This document shows positions 18,679 to 27,038 of a DNA stretch of 64,000 nucleotides, one piece after another; the first letter of the stretch is position 1, and every line of letters starts with the position of its first letter. The notes beneath the pieces were generated by a model that was not told the DNA's origin, made no database searches, and saw nothing but the letters and a program-made list of their open reading frames with translations. Where the stretch lies: NCBI GenBank assembly GCA_003216615.1, contig QCIP01000001.1, forward strand, positions 113,455-177,454. The letters are read 5' to 3'. The stretch comes from Prochlorococcus sp. AG-402-M15. Its GTDB lineage: Bacteria > Cyanobacteriota > Cyanobacteriia > PCC-6307 > Cyanobiaceae. The position numbers were made by a program, and so were the translations under genes.

Positions 18679-20070
18679 ATGGCTGAAGATTTAATTAATA
18701 ATAAAGATATATATTTCCCCTCCTATTCAGGGACTAATGAAAAATTGATTACTCTTCTGAATAGAGCAAGTCAAACTCTTTGTGAATGGTTCTCTAAAGC
18801 TGATAAAAATGGTCCTTTGCCTTTCGATGAGAGTTTCAAGTGCATTATGCCTGCGGAAGATGGTAATCCTGTAGAAGATTTATTTTCTGAGATTGAAACT
18901 CTTTTGAATAATTCATTTAATCCCGTTCATCCTGGCTCACTAGCTCACCTTGATCCCCCACCTTTAATTTTCTCTATTTTGGGAGATTTAATTGCTGCTG
19001 GTTTAAATAATAATCTTCTGGCTTACGAGTTATCACCAAGTGTAACTTTGCTTGAGGAGTCATTATGCAAATGGTTTGCCAAGAAAATAGGGTTTAATGA
19101 TTTCTCAGGAGGTATAGCTGCTAGCGGAGGTACATTAAGTAATCTGAATGCACTTATAGCAGCTAGAAATAATGCTGGATTAGGTACAAATCCTAATTCT
19201 GTATTACTTGTTAGTGAAGATGCTCATTCTTCCTTCGTTAAATGTATAAGAGTAATGGGTCTTGATACTACTAATCTTGTCAGGATTAAAACTGACAATC
19301 AAGGTCGAATGGATATAAACGATCTCAGAAAGTCATTAGATAAATGTTCAATAGAAAATAAAAAAATATTTGCTATTGTTGCCACCCTTGGGACAACTGT
19401 TAGAGGAGCAATTGATCCTATTAAAGAAATAAGTGAAATCTGTAAACAAAGAAACATATGGTTACATATTGATGGTTCAATTGGGGGGATTTTTGCTATA
19501 ACTTCTATTCAAATAGATGGTTTAAATAATATTAATCAGGCTAATTCAGTAACAATAAATCCTCAAAAAATTATTGGCATTACAAAGACATCTTCCTTGT
19601 TATTAGTGTCAAATATGTCTTCTTTAGAAAAAACATTTTCAACTGGACTCCCATATATAACATCTAAGGAAAATATCATAAACAGAGGAGAAATTGGCAT
19701 ACAAGGTTCTAGACCCGCAGAGGTTATAAAACTTTGGCTTGGATTACGTTTTTTAGGTATGAAAGGAATAGAAGAAATATTAAAATCTTCAATAAAAAGA
19801 AAAGACTTTTTTATAAATAAAATTTGTAAAAATAGATTTGAAATATATTCAGGTCCTTTACATATTATTTCATTCTTACCAAAGGGTCTTAAAGAAAAAG
19901 ATACTGATTCCTGGACTCAAAATAAAGTCAATGAGCTAATGAAAAAAAATTTTATGCTTTCTAGACCAAAATTTAAAGGTAAACATTATTTGCGAATCGT
20001 TTTGGGCAATTACAATACTAACGAATCTCATATCGAAGAACTTTTGAAAATTTTAGATGCTAATCAATGA
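18679..20070 (+). CDS. Group II pyridoxal-phosphate-dependent decarboxylase, substrate unknown
   Basis: GGTLSNLNALIAAR, HIDGSIGG and the NPQK (PLP lysine) blocks are typical of the DOPA/glutamate/diaminobutyrate decarboxylase family. Confidence 0.8.
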   Translation: MAEDLINNKDIYFPSYSGTNEKLITLLNRASQTLCEWFSKADKNGPLPFDESFKCIMPAEDGNPVEDLFSEIETLLNNSFNPVHPGSLAHLDPPPLIFSILGDLIAAGLNNNLLAYELSPSVTLLEESLCKWFAKKIGFNDFSGGIAASGGTLSNLNALIAARNNAGLGTNPNSVLLVSEDAHSSFVKCIRVMGLDTTNLVRIKTDNQGRMDINDLRKSLDKCSIENKKIFAIVATLGTTVRGAIDPIKEISEICKQRNIWLHIDGSIGGIFAITSIQIDGLNNINQANSVTINPQKIIGITKTSSLLLVSNMSSLEKTFSTGLPYITSKENIINRGEIGIQGSRPAEVIKLWLGLRFLGMKGIEEILKSSIKRKDFFINKICKNRFEIYSGPLHIISFLPKGLKEKDTDSWTQNKVNELMKKNFMLSRPKFKGKHYLRIVLGNYNTNESHIEELLKILDANQ

Positions 20071-20204
20071 ATATAGGTAGATCAAAAATTATTGCAATAG
20101 TAACAGGATTTATCTCTATATTCATTTGTATTGCTTACTTACTTTTAATAACTGTTTTTGATTTCAGAACTTATCTTAATGATCAATTATCAAATATTAC
20201 TTAG
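20067..20204 (+). CDS. Possible 45-aa single-pass membrane peptide (not in the ORF track)
   Basis: The ATG overlaps the decarboxylase TGA (ATGA). The translation MNIGRSKIIAIVTGFISIFICIAYLLLITVFDFRTYLNDQLSNIT has one clear transmembrane helix. It fills the only gap here and overlaps the convergent GTPase gene end by 8 nt. Confidence 0.3.
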   Translation: MNIGRSKIIAIVTGFISIFICIAYLLLITVFDFRTYLNDQLSNIT

Positions 20205-21696
20205 GAAATGGAGGCAAACTTTTATTTGATTTAAAATAATTTCTTATTTCAATTTTTGAAATAGCTTCTTTTATGAAGTTATTTAAAAACTCCTCTCTTT
20301 TACTTATTCTATATATCTTGTCTACAACTTCTTGAATTCCTCCATCTCCCCAATCTTGCCCATTTTTAAAATATTCAATTAAACTTAGTCCTACTATTCT
20401 TATTAACCAGCCTGCTGTTATTGATTGTATTGTCTTAGATATAATTATTTTAGTAAAACTTGTAGCTAATGCAGGAGAGAGAATTGCTAGTCCACCTTTT
20501 AGTATTCCTAGTTTAGCCAATGCACTTAGTAATGATTTCGATAAATCTTTTGCATCCTTTTTTGTAAGTTTTATTTCATATATTTTTGATAATTCGATTA
20601 TCATTTGAACATTCACCGATGTAGTAGTAAGAAAATCCACCGCAGGCAGTGGATTGACTAGAATTACTCCTCCCGTTATCCACATATATTTATTAATAAC
20701 TTTTTTTGACATTAAATATCTTTGCTCTTGTACAAAATTTTTACTTTTGATACCTAATTTGTTTGATCGAAAAAGGACGTTGTCGGCTAATAACTCTTCT
20801 CCAGAATTATCTAGTGTTTCTATTATTTCTCTAAATAAACTTCCTACATCTGGAATCAAATTTAAGGTATCTGATTTTACATAAGGAGATGCTTGAGGTA
20901 CTGCAATTGTTTGAACAACTGAAACTTTATTTTTTTTACCTGAAGTAATAGAAATTATATTTTCTTCAATGAGGTTATTATCTTCTCTAGACCTTAAATC
21001 ACATTTATTTAGGACTATTATTATTTTTTTTCCTATTTTCAACAATTCTTTAATTAAATAGTTTTCGTATTTATTTATGTCCTGATCTAATACAAAAAGG
21101 ACTAAATCAGAATTTGATGCTTGTAAAATAGTTGATTTCTCTCTTTCTTCGCCTAACTTAGATGGTTCAAATAATCCTGGAGTATCTATAATATTAATGT
21201 TTCTTTTTAAAACTGGAATTCGAATTTTATAACTATTTATTTGCTTTGTAGTACCTATTTTTGCAGATGTTTTTCCGACAATATTTTTTAATAAAGAACG
21301 TGCTATTGATGTTTTTCCTGATGAACCCGCTCCAAAAAGAGTAACTATATAATCTCCGGTTTTTAATTGTGACTCTAATTTATTTTTTTCGTAATTTAAC
21401 AATTCAACCTTTACTTTATCACTAATTTTTCTATTTATTTTTTCAATCCCTTCCAAACTTATTTTGGCAGCACCATAAGTATTTTTAAATGAGAGTTTAT
21501 TCTTCTTATTGTTGTAAATAACTTTATAAACTATTTTTTTAAATAATTTTTTATCAACACTATAAAAAATATACAAAATTATTATAACAAATAAAAGTGA
21601 ATAAATATTTACTATTCTTATTAATATCGAAAATAATATATATAGAATTAATATAAAAATAAAATATTTTAAATACTTTAATTTTAAGAAATTCAT
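20197..21696 (-). CDS. Membrane-anchored GTP-binding protein (P-loop GTPase with a DUF697-like C-terminal region)
   Basis: An N-terminal transmembrane segment, then G1 GAGSSGKTS, G3 DTPG and G4 NKCD, then a hydrophobic C-terminal region. Confidence 0.75.
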   Translation of the reverse strand: MNFLKLKYLKYFIFILILYILFSILIRIVNIYSLLFVIIILYIFYSVDKKLFKKIVYKVIYNNKKNKLSFKNTYGAAKISLEGIEKINRKISDKVKVELLNYEKNKLESQLKTGDYIVTLFGAGSSGKTSIARSLLKNIVGKTSAKIGTTKQINSYKIRIPVLKRNINIIDTPGLFEPSKLGEEREKSTILQASNSDLVLFVLDQDINKYENYLIKELLKIGKKIIIVLNKCDLRSREDNNLIEENIISITSGKKNKVSVVQTIAVPQASPYVKSDTLNLIPDVGSLFREIIETLDNSGEELLADNVLFRSNKLGIKSKNFVQEQRYLMSKKVINKYMWITGGVILVNPLPAVDFLTTTSVNVQMIIELSKIYEIKLTKKDAKDLSKSLLSALAKLGILKGGLAILSPALATSFTKIIISKTIQSITAGWLIRIVGLSLIEYFKNGQDWGDGGIQEVVDKIYRISKREEFLNNFIKEAISKIEIRNYFKSNKSLPPFPK

Positions 21697-21697
21697 A

Positions 21698-22156
21698 CTA
21701 TTTTTTTTTATTAAAAATTCTAAGCAATATTATAAAGAACCCAATATTAATAGAAATATCAGCAACATTGAATACTGGAAAATTTATTATATTTAAGTTT
21801 ATAAAATCAATTACAAAACCATTTAATATCCTATCTATACCATTACCGATAGTTCCACCAAGAATAAAGCTATATGAATAAAGTTCTGATGAACTTGAAG
21901 TCATTTTTCTTAATATTAAATAAAGAAGTATAATTGAAAAAATAATACTTATGAAGGATAGAAATATTCTACTTCCGCTAAATATATTAAATGCTGCTCC
22001 GTAATTTTTTACAAAATCTAATCTAAATAAAAGAAAATTTTTATTTATAAATATTTTGTAATTATTAAAAATTAAATATTTAGTAAATTGATCTATTAGT
22101 ATTATAAAAAAACTTAAAAATAGGAAATATATTTTACTTTTTACTTTATTTATCAT
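21698..22156 (-). CDS. lspA: Lipoprotein signal peptidase (signal peptidase II)
   Basis: 152 aa with four transmembrane helices. NYGAAFN and FNVADISI motifs are present. Confidence 0.88.
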   Translation of the reverse strand: MINKVKSKIYFLFLSFFIILIDQFTKYLIFNNYKIFINKNFLLFRLDFVKNYGAAFNIFSGSRIFLSFISIIFSIILLYLILRKMTSSSSELYSYSFILGGTIGNGIDRILNGFVIDFINLNIINFPVFNVADISINIGFFIILLRIFNKKK

Positions 22157-22725
22157 TATCTATCATATTTGAAATATTTTATAGGCTTAATAAGTAATGT
22201 TAGTGGAACAAGCATTATTAAATGATATCCAATTTTACCAGCAGAGTACTTCCCTAGATTGTATAAAAACATATTAAATTGATTGTAAAATACTATTAGT
22301 ATAAAGTTATAAAATATTCCAGTTAAATGCATCGCAGATATAGCTAGAAATCCATTTATTACAAACTTTCCTATATTTATTTTATTTCTCTTATTTAAAT
22401 TATCAATTATTTTGATCAATGGATAAGTACCTAATAAATAACCAAAATTTGGAGTAAGCAAGTAACCTATTGAGCCTCCTTGATGAAAAACTGGGAATAC
22501 AAATAACCCTAAAATTATATAAATAGTAAATGCGCTGAAAACTACTTTTTTTTCGAAGATGAGTGTTAATAAAATAATGGAAGGTATTTGCCATGTAATT
22601 GGTATCTCAAAGCTATTATTAGATTGATTAATAAATGGTAGTGGAATATAAACAGGGAGCATTGTTGATATTATTAATGTTTGAAATGTCACCAGAATCT
22701 CAATTAATTTATAAAAATTGAGCAT
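22156..22725 (-). CDS. bioY: Biotin transporter BioY-like membrane protein
   Basis: IPITWQ, GGSIGYLLTPNFGYLLG and overall topology resemble the BioY family. Confidence 0.7.
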   Translation of the reverse strand: MLNFYKLIEILVTFQTLIISTMLPVYIPLPFINQSNNSFEIPITWQIPSIILLTLIFEKKVVFSAFTIYIILGLFVFPVFHQGGSIGYLLTPNFGYLLGTYPLIKIIDNLNKRNKINIGKFVINGFLAISAMHLTGIFYNFILIVFYNQFNMFLYNLGKYSAGKIGYHLIMLVPLTLLIKPIKYFKYDR

Positions 22726-22740
22726 GATTACAAATTCTAT

Positions 22741-23973
22741 TTATAAACTTCTTAATGCAACAATTGGATCTAACTTTGAGGCTCTTTTTGCGGGTAAAAC
22801 ACCAAAAATTAAACCTATTGATCCCGAAATGATCATTGTTGAGACGGTTGTTGTAATTCCTACAGATGCAGGAAGTGGTGTTATGAGAGACAAAAGAAAA
22901 ACACCTGATAACCCGGTTGCTGTTCCTATTAATCCTCCAATTGAAGATAAAATCAATGCCTCAATTAAAAATTGAATTAATATATCTGACTGTTTTGCTC
23001 CTATTGCTTTTCTAAGGCCTATCTCTTCTGTTCTTTCGCTAACAGAAACAAGCATAATATTCATGATTCCTATTCCTCCCACTACTAGAGATACTGCACC
23101 AATTCCTGCCAAAAGAAATGTAAGGCCACTTGTAATATTAGTTACTATATTTAATGCATCTTCTTGAGATCTAACGGCAAAGTCATCATCTCTTATTATT
23201 TTATGTCTTTGCCTCAACAAGTTAGTAATTTGAAATTTAGCCGCGCTAGTTGAATTCTTATTTTTAGCTTCCACACTTATGAAGCTTAAACTTACACCAT
23301 ATGTTGGATCCTTGCCTGTAATTCTATTAACCATTGTAGATAATGGAATATAAGCATTTTTGTCTTGATTACTTCCAAAGACTGCCCCTTTAGGTTTTAA
23401 AATTCCTATTACTTCATAAGTATGATCCTTAATTCTGATTTTTTCCCCAAGTGATGTAGATTTACTATCGAAAAATTCCTCTTTTAGATCTGGACCAATG
23501 ACTACATAACTTCTTGCACTATTAATATCGCTTTGAGATAAAAATCTTCCCTTATCTATCTCAAAACTTCTAACGTCTAGAAATTCAGGAGTAACTCCTG
23601 CAATAGATATATTTAAGCTTTTAGAATTAGATTGAACTATTTCATTAGCAGAAATTTGAGGAGCTACTTTTTTAACAGTTGGTACTTGATTACTTATTGC
23701 TACTGCATCTTCTAAAACTAGATTTTTAGGAAATGAAATACCTCTTCTTCTTGTGTCATTATTCCCAGGAACAATAAATAAAACATTAGCACCTAAATTA
23801 CTTAATTGGTTTTTTGCTAATGTTTGAGCACCTCTCCCAAGCCCAACTAATGTAATCACAGATGCATTTCCTATAATTATCCCAAGCATTGTCAACGAAC
23901 TTCTTAATTTATTTGAGACCAATGTTTTGGTCGCCATACCTAAGGCTTCCTTTATTGATATATTCCTAGACAT
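22741..23973 (-). CDS. ABC transporter permease, MacB/DevC-like (FtsX domain)
   Basis: An N-terminal transmembrane helix, a large periplasmic MacB-type domain, and a C-terminal FtsX domain (RTEEIGLRKAIGA, LPAKRASKLDPIVALR). No adjacent ATPase gene. Confidence 0.85.
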   Translation of the reverse strand: MSRNISIKEALGMATKTLVSNKLRSSLTMLGIIIGNASVITLVGLGRGAQTLAKNQLSNLGANVLFIVPGNNDTRRRGISFPKNLVLEDAVAISNQVPTVKKVAPQISANEIVQSNSKSLNISIAGVTPEFLDVRSFEIDKGRFLSQSDINSARSYVVIGPDLKEEFFDSKSTSLGEKIRIKDHTYEVIGILKPKGAVFGSNQDKNAYIPLSTMVNRITGKDPTYGVSLSFISVEAKNKNSTSAAKFQITNLLRQRHKIIRDDDFAVRSQEDALNIVTNITSGLTFLLAGIGAVSLVVGGIGIMNIMLVSVSERTEEIGLRKAIGAKQSDILIQFLIEALILSSIGGLIGTATGLSGVFLLSLITPLPASVGITTTVSTMIISGSIGLIFGVLPAKRASKLDPIVALRSL

Positions 23974-25759
23974 ATTTATATTTATCTACAGCTTGTTCGT
24001 CATCTTCAATTTGCCCCATATAAATTACACCCTCATTAAGCTGCAAAGTCACTAGATCACCATTAATAATCTGATTATTATCAATATATTCTAAATTACA
24101 TATGGTAGAAATTTTTTTATTATTTTTATTAAATAATGCGTAAACATCATCAACATTTTGGTTCGTAACGATTCCGGCAATATTTTTGCTCAATGGAATA
24201 TTTCCTAATAGTTCTTTTGGAACAAATAAAATTTCTCCTGGGCAAATTAATGACAAATCAGAATTATTTTTTATTATTCTTGCTTTTCCAGTAACACCTA
24301 TTTCTCCTATTGAAATCCCTCTTGAAACAACCTTCCTTACTAAACCGACTTTTATTAAATCGGTAGAACCGCTAATGCCAGTAAATGTGCCTGCAGTTTG
24401 AACTACTAGATCACCTTGCTTAAGAATCCCCATTTCTTGGGCAATTTGCATTGCCAAACTAAACGTTTTAGCTGTTCTTTCATCATTGCCAACTACTATA
24501 GGAGTAACTCCCCAAACAAGTTGTAGCCTTCTCGCTACACTACTCTCTGAAGTAGTTGCCAAAATTGGTGTTGGTGGTCTGAATTTGCTTACATTTCTGG
24601 CAGTTGATCCTGACTTTGTTAGAGGAATTATTGCTCCTGCATCAAGTTGTCTAGCTATATTACTTACAGCTGCACTAATTGCATTTGGGATTGTACTAGG
24701 TAAGTGACTCTCTATAGCTTTAAGTGGATAATCCCTTTCAATTCGTCTGGCTATAGTTGCCATAGTTTGTACTGCTTCTACAGGATAATCACCAACTGCT
24801 GTTTCATTTGAAAGCATAACTGCATCTGTTCCATCTAGTATCGCATTAGCTACATCGCTTACTTCAGCCCTAGTTGGTCTAGGATTTGAAGCCATAGAAT
24901 CAAGCATTTGAGTCGCTGTAATTATTGGTATACCTAATGAATTAGCTTTTCTTATTAATTCCTTTTGTAAAAGCGGAACTTCTTCAGCAGGCATTTCTAC
25001 TCCCAAATCTCCTCTTGCAACCATGACACCATCACATAAGGGTAAAACTGTATCAATTTGATCTATAGCTTCAAATTTTTCTATTTTTGCGACTACAGGA
25101 GTTGAATGCCCATTTTTATTTATCAAATCTTTTATTTCGTTAATATCAGAAGGATTTCTTACGAAACTTAGAGCAATCCAATCAACTCCTTCAGATAAAC
25201 CAAATTTCAAATCTTCTTTATCCTTTTCTGTTAAAGCTTTTACTGATAATTGAACATCTGGAAAATTCACACCTTTATTATTTGAAAGAACCCCACCTAC
25301 AGTTACCAAACATTCTAAAAGATTCGCTTTTATATCTACTTTTTCTACAATCATTTCTATTTTACCATCATCTAAAAGTATTCTTTTTCCTTCACTAACT
25401 TCTTGAGAAAGTTTGTTATAAGTGACATTAGCTATAGCATTTGTACAATCAACTTTATTTGAGGTTAGTGAAAATTTATCGCCTTTTTTAACTTTTACTG
25501 GACCATCTTTGAAGCGACCCAATCTTATTTTAGGTCCTTGGAGATCTTGTAAAATTCCAATATCTATATCTAACTTTTTTGATACTTTTCTAATAGTTTT
25601 AATTCTCTCTGCATGATCTTTGTGATCACCATGCGAGAAATTTAATCTAAATGTTGTCACTCCAGCTTTAATTAAGTCTGTAATTATTTCTTCTGACTGA
25701 GTTGCAGGGCCTATAGTTGCTACAATTTTTGTTCTTCTTTTTAAATCAATATTCGACAT
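23966..25759 (-). CDS. pyk: Pyruvate kinase with an approximately 120-aa C-terminal extension
   Basis: KIVATIGPA, NFSHG, MVARGDLGVE and the TQMLDSM motif are present. The 597-aa long form carries a PEP-utiliser-like C-terminal domain. Confidence 0.95.
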   Translation of the reverse strand: MSNIDLKRRTKIVATIGPATQSEEIITDLIKAGVTTFRLNFSHGDHKDHAERIKTIRKVSKKLDIDIGILQDLQGPKIRLGRFKDGPVKVKKGDKFSLTSNKVDCTNAIANVTYNKLSQEVSEGKRILLDDGKIEMIVEKVDIKANLLECLVTVGGVLSNNKGVNFPDVQLSVKALTEKDKEDLKFGLSEGVDWIALSFVRNPSDINEIKDLINKNGHSTPVVAKIEKFEAIDQIDTVLPLCDGVMVARGDLGVEMPAEEVPLLQKELIRKANSLGIPIITATQMLDSMASNPRPTRAEVSDVANAILDGTDAVMLSNETAVGDYPVEAVQTMATIARRIERDYPLKAIESHLPSTIPNAISAAVSNIARQLDAGAIIPLTKSGSTARNVSKFRPPTPILATTSESSVARRLQLVWGVTPIVVGNDERTAKTFSLAMQIAQEMGILKQGDLVVQTAGTFTGISGSTDLIKVGLVRKVVSRGISIGEIGVTGKARIIKNNSDLSLICPGEILFVPKELLGNIPLSKNIAGIVTNQNVDDVYALFNKNNKKISTICNLEYIDNNQIINGDLVTLQLNEGVIYMGQIEDDEQAVDKYKYV

Positions 25760-25820
25760 ATATAAATAATATTGCTAGATATAAATAAATTTACCATACC
25801 CAAAGTTAGTTATTTAAGTC

Positions 25821-26150
25821 ATGGATTTTAAAACTTATCAGAAAAAAGCTAGAGAAACAGCACAATATCCAAATTTAGGTTCAAATAATATTTATCCAAC
25901 TCTTGGTTTGGTTGGCGAGGCAGGTGAGGTTGCAGAAAAAGTAAAAAAAGTAATTAGAGATAAAAATGGAATATTTGATAATGAATCAAAATTAGGTATT
26001 AAAAAAGAATTAGGAGATGTTTTATGGTACATATCAAATCTTTGTACAGAATTAAACTTTAATTTAGAAGATGTTGCATTACAAAATCTTGAAAAATTGA
26101 AAATTAGAGCTGCAAAAGGGAAAATATCAGGATCAGGCGATAACAGATGA
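25821..26150 (+). CDS. Small MazG-like nucleoside triphosphate pyrophosphohydrolase
   Basis: LVGEAGEVAEKVKK and ELGDVLWY (EExxE/ExxD metal-binding helices) are present in a 109-aa all-alpha protein. Confidence 0.75.
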   Translation: MDFKTYQKKARETAQYPNLGSNNIYPTLGLVGEAGEVAEKVKKVIRDKNGIFDNESKLGIKKELGDVLWYISNLCTELNFNLEDVALQNLEKLKIRAAKGKISGSGDNR

Positions 26151-26154
26151 AATA

Positions 26155-26439
26155 TTAGTATCCATAACCGTAAAAATTACCAGCCGCTCCAAGTAAAGCC
26201 TGTTGAATTACATTTAAAAGTAAAAAGGCTAAAATTGATGAGATGTCAAACCCACCTATTGGAGGAATAATTCCTCTAAAGATGTTTAGATAAGGGTCGG
26301 TTAATGAACACAATGCACTTAAAGCACCATTACTCCAATCAATTCCTGGGAACCAAGTAAGTAATACTCTTATTAGTAACAAGAATGAAAAAATTTGTGC
26401 TGTACTTGCTAATACAGAAAATATTTTATATGCGACCAT
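26155..26439 (-). CDS. YGGT family membrane protein (Ycf19-like)
   Basis: 94 aa with two transmembrane helices. LTDPYLNIFRGIIPPIGGFDISSILA is the YGGT signature. Confidence 0.8.
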   Translation of the reverse strand: MVAYKIFSVLASTAQIFSFLLLIRVLLTWFPGIDWSNGALSALCSLTDPYLNIFRGIIPPIGGFDISSILAFLLLNVIQQALLGAAGNFYGYGY

Positions 26440-26471
26440 TTTTATAATTTATATTTTTTATATTTTAACAT

Positions 26472-27032
26472 TTACTTATTATTGCTGTTTCCAATTTTAG
26501 AAAGGTATTCGTTACTAACAGCAAAAGTTTGAAAAAATTTTTCAGATAATGATAACCAATATGATCTACCATCTTTTTGTTTCCGTTTCACAATAAACTT
26601 CTTTTCAAGTAATTCTTTAATATGATCATAAGCTCCTGAGCCTCGAAGAAGTATAAGATCTGATTGCAGAATCTTCTTTTTGATTGCAATAGTTGCTAAT
26701 GTCCTTAACTCTGATGTTTTTAACTCTGAGGGAAGTAAATCCTCAACAAAATCGTTAAGACTTGATTTCAATTCTAGGCAAAAACTATTATTTAATTCAT
26801 TTAATTCTATTGCTGAGCTTGGACTGGAGTATTTATTTTTTAAATCATTAATGGCGTCATTTATTGATTTGATATCAGAATTAGTTATTTCTGAAAGATC
26901 CTTTTTTGTTATTGGTCTGCCTTTTAAGTAAAGGACAGCCTCAATTCTGGTAACTAGATCTATTTCAGATTGTTGCTTAGTAATTAAATCAGATTGATTA
27001 ATTGTTATTACCGAAATCTTACCTAATTTACC
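26472..27032 (-). CDS. scpB: Segregation and condensation protein B. The maximal open frame is given because the start codon is unresolved.
   Basis: The listed 99-aa ORF (TTG at 26771) holds only the second winged-helix domain (LRTLATIAIKKKILQSDLILLRGSG). The in-frame upstream 87 codons stay open and encode a typical first winged-helix domain (RIEAVLYLKGRPITKKDLSEI). They contain no ATG, GTG or TTG. Confidence 0.7.
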   Translation of the reverse strand, partial: GKLGKISVITINQSDLITKQQSEIDLVTRIEAVLYLKGRPITKKDLSEITNSDIKSINDAINDLKNKYSSPSSAIELNELNNSFCLELKSSLNDFVEDLLPSELKTSELRTLATIAIKKKILQSDLILLRGSGAYDHIKELLEKKFIVKRKQKDGRSYWLSLSEKFFQTFAVSNEYLSKIGNSNNK

Positions 27033-27038
27033 TTATTT

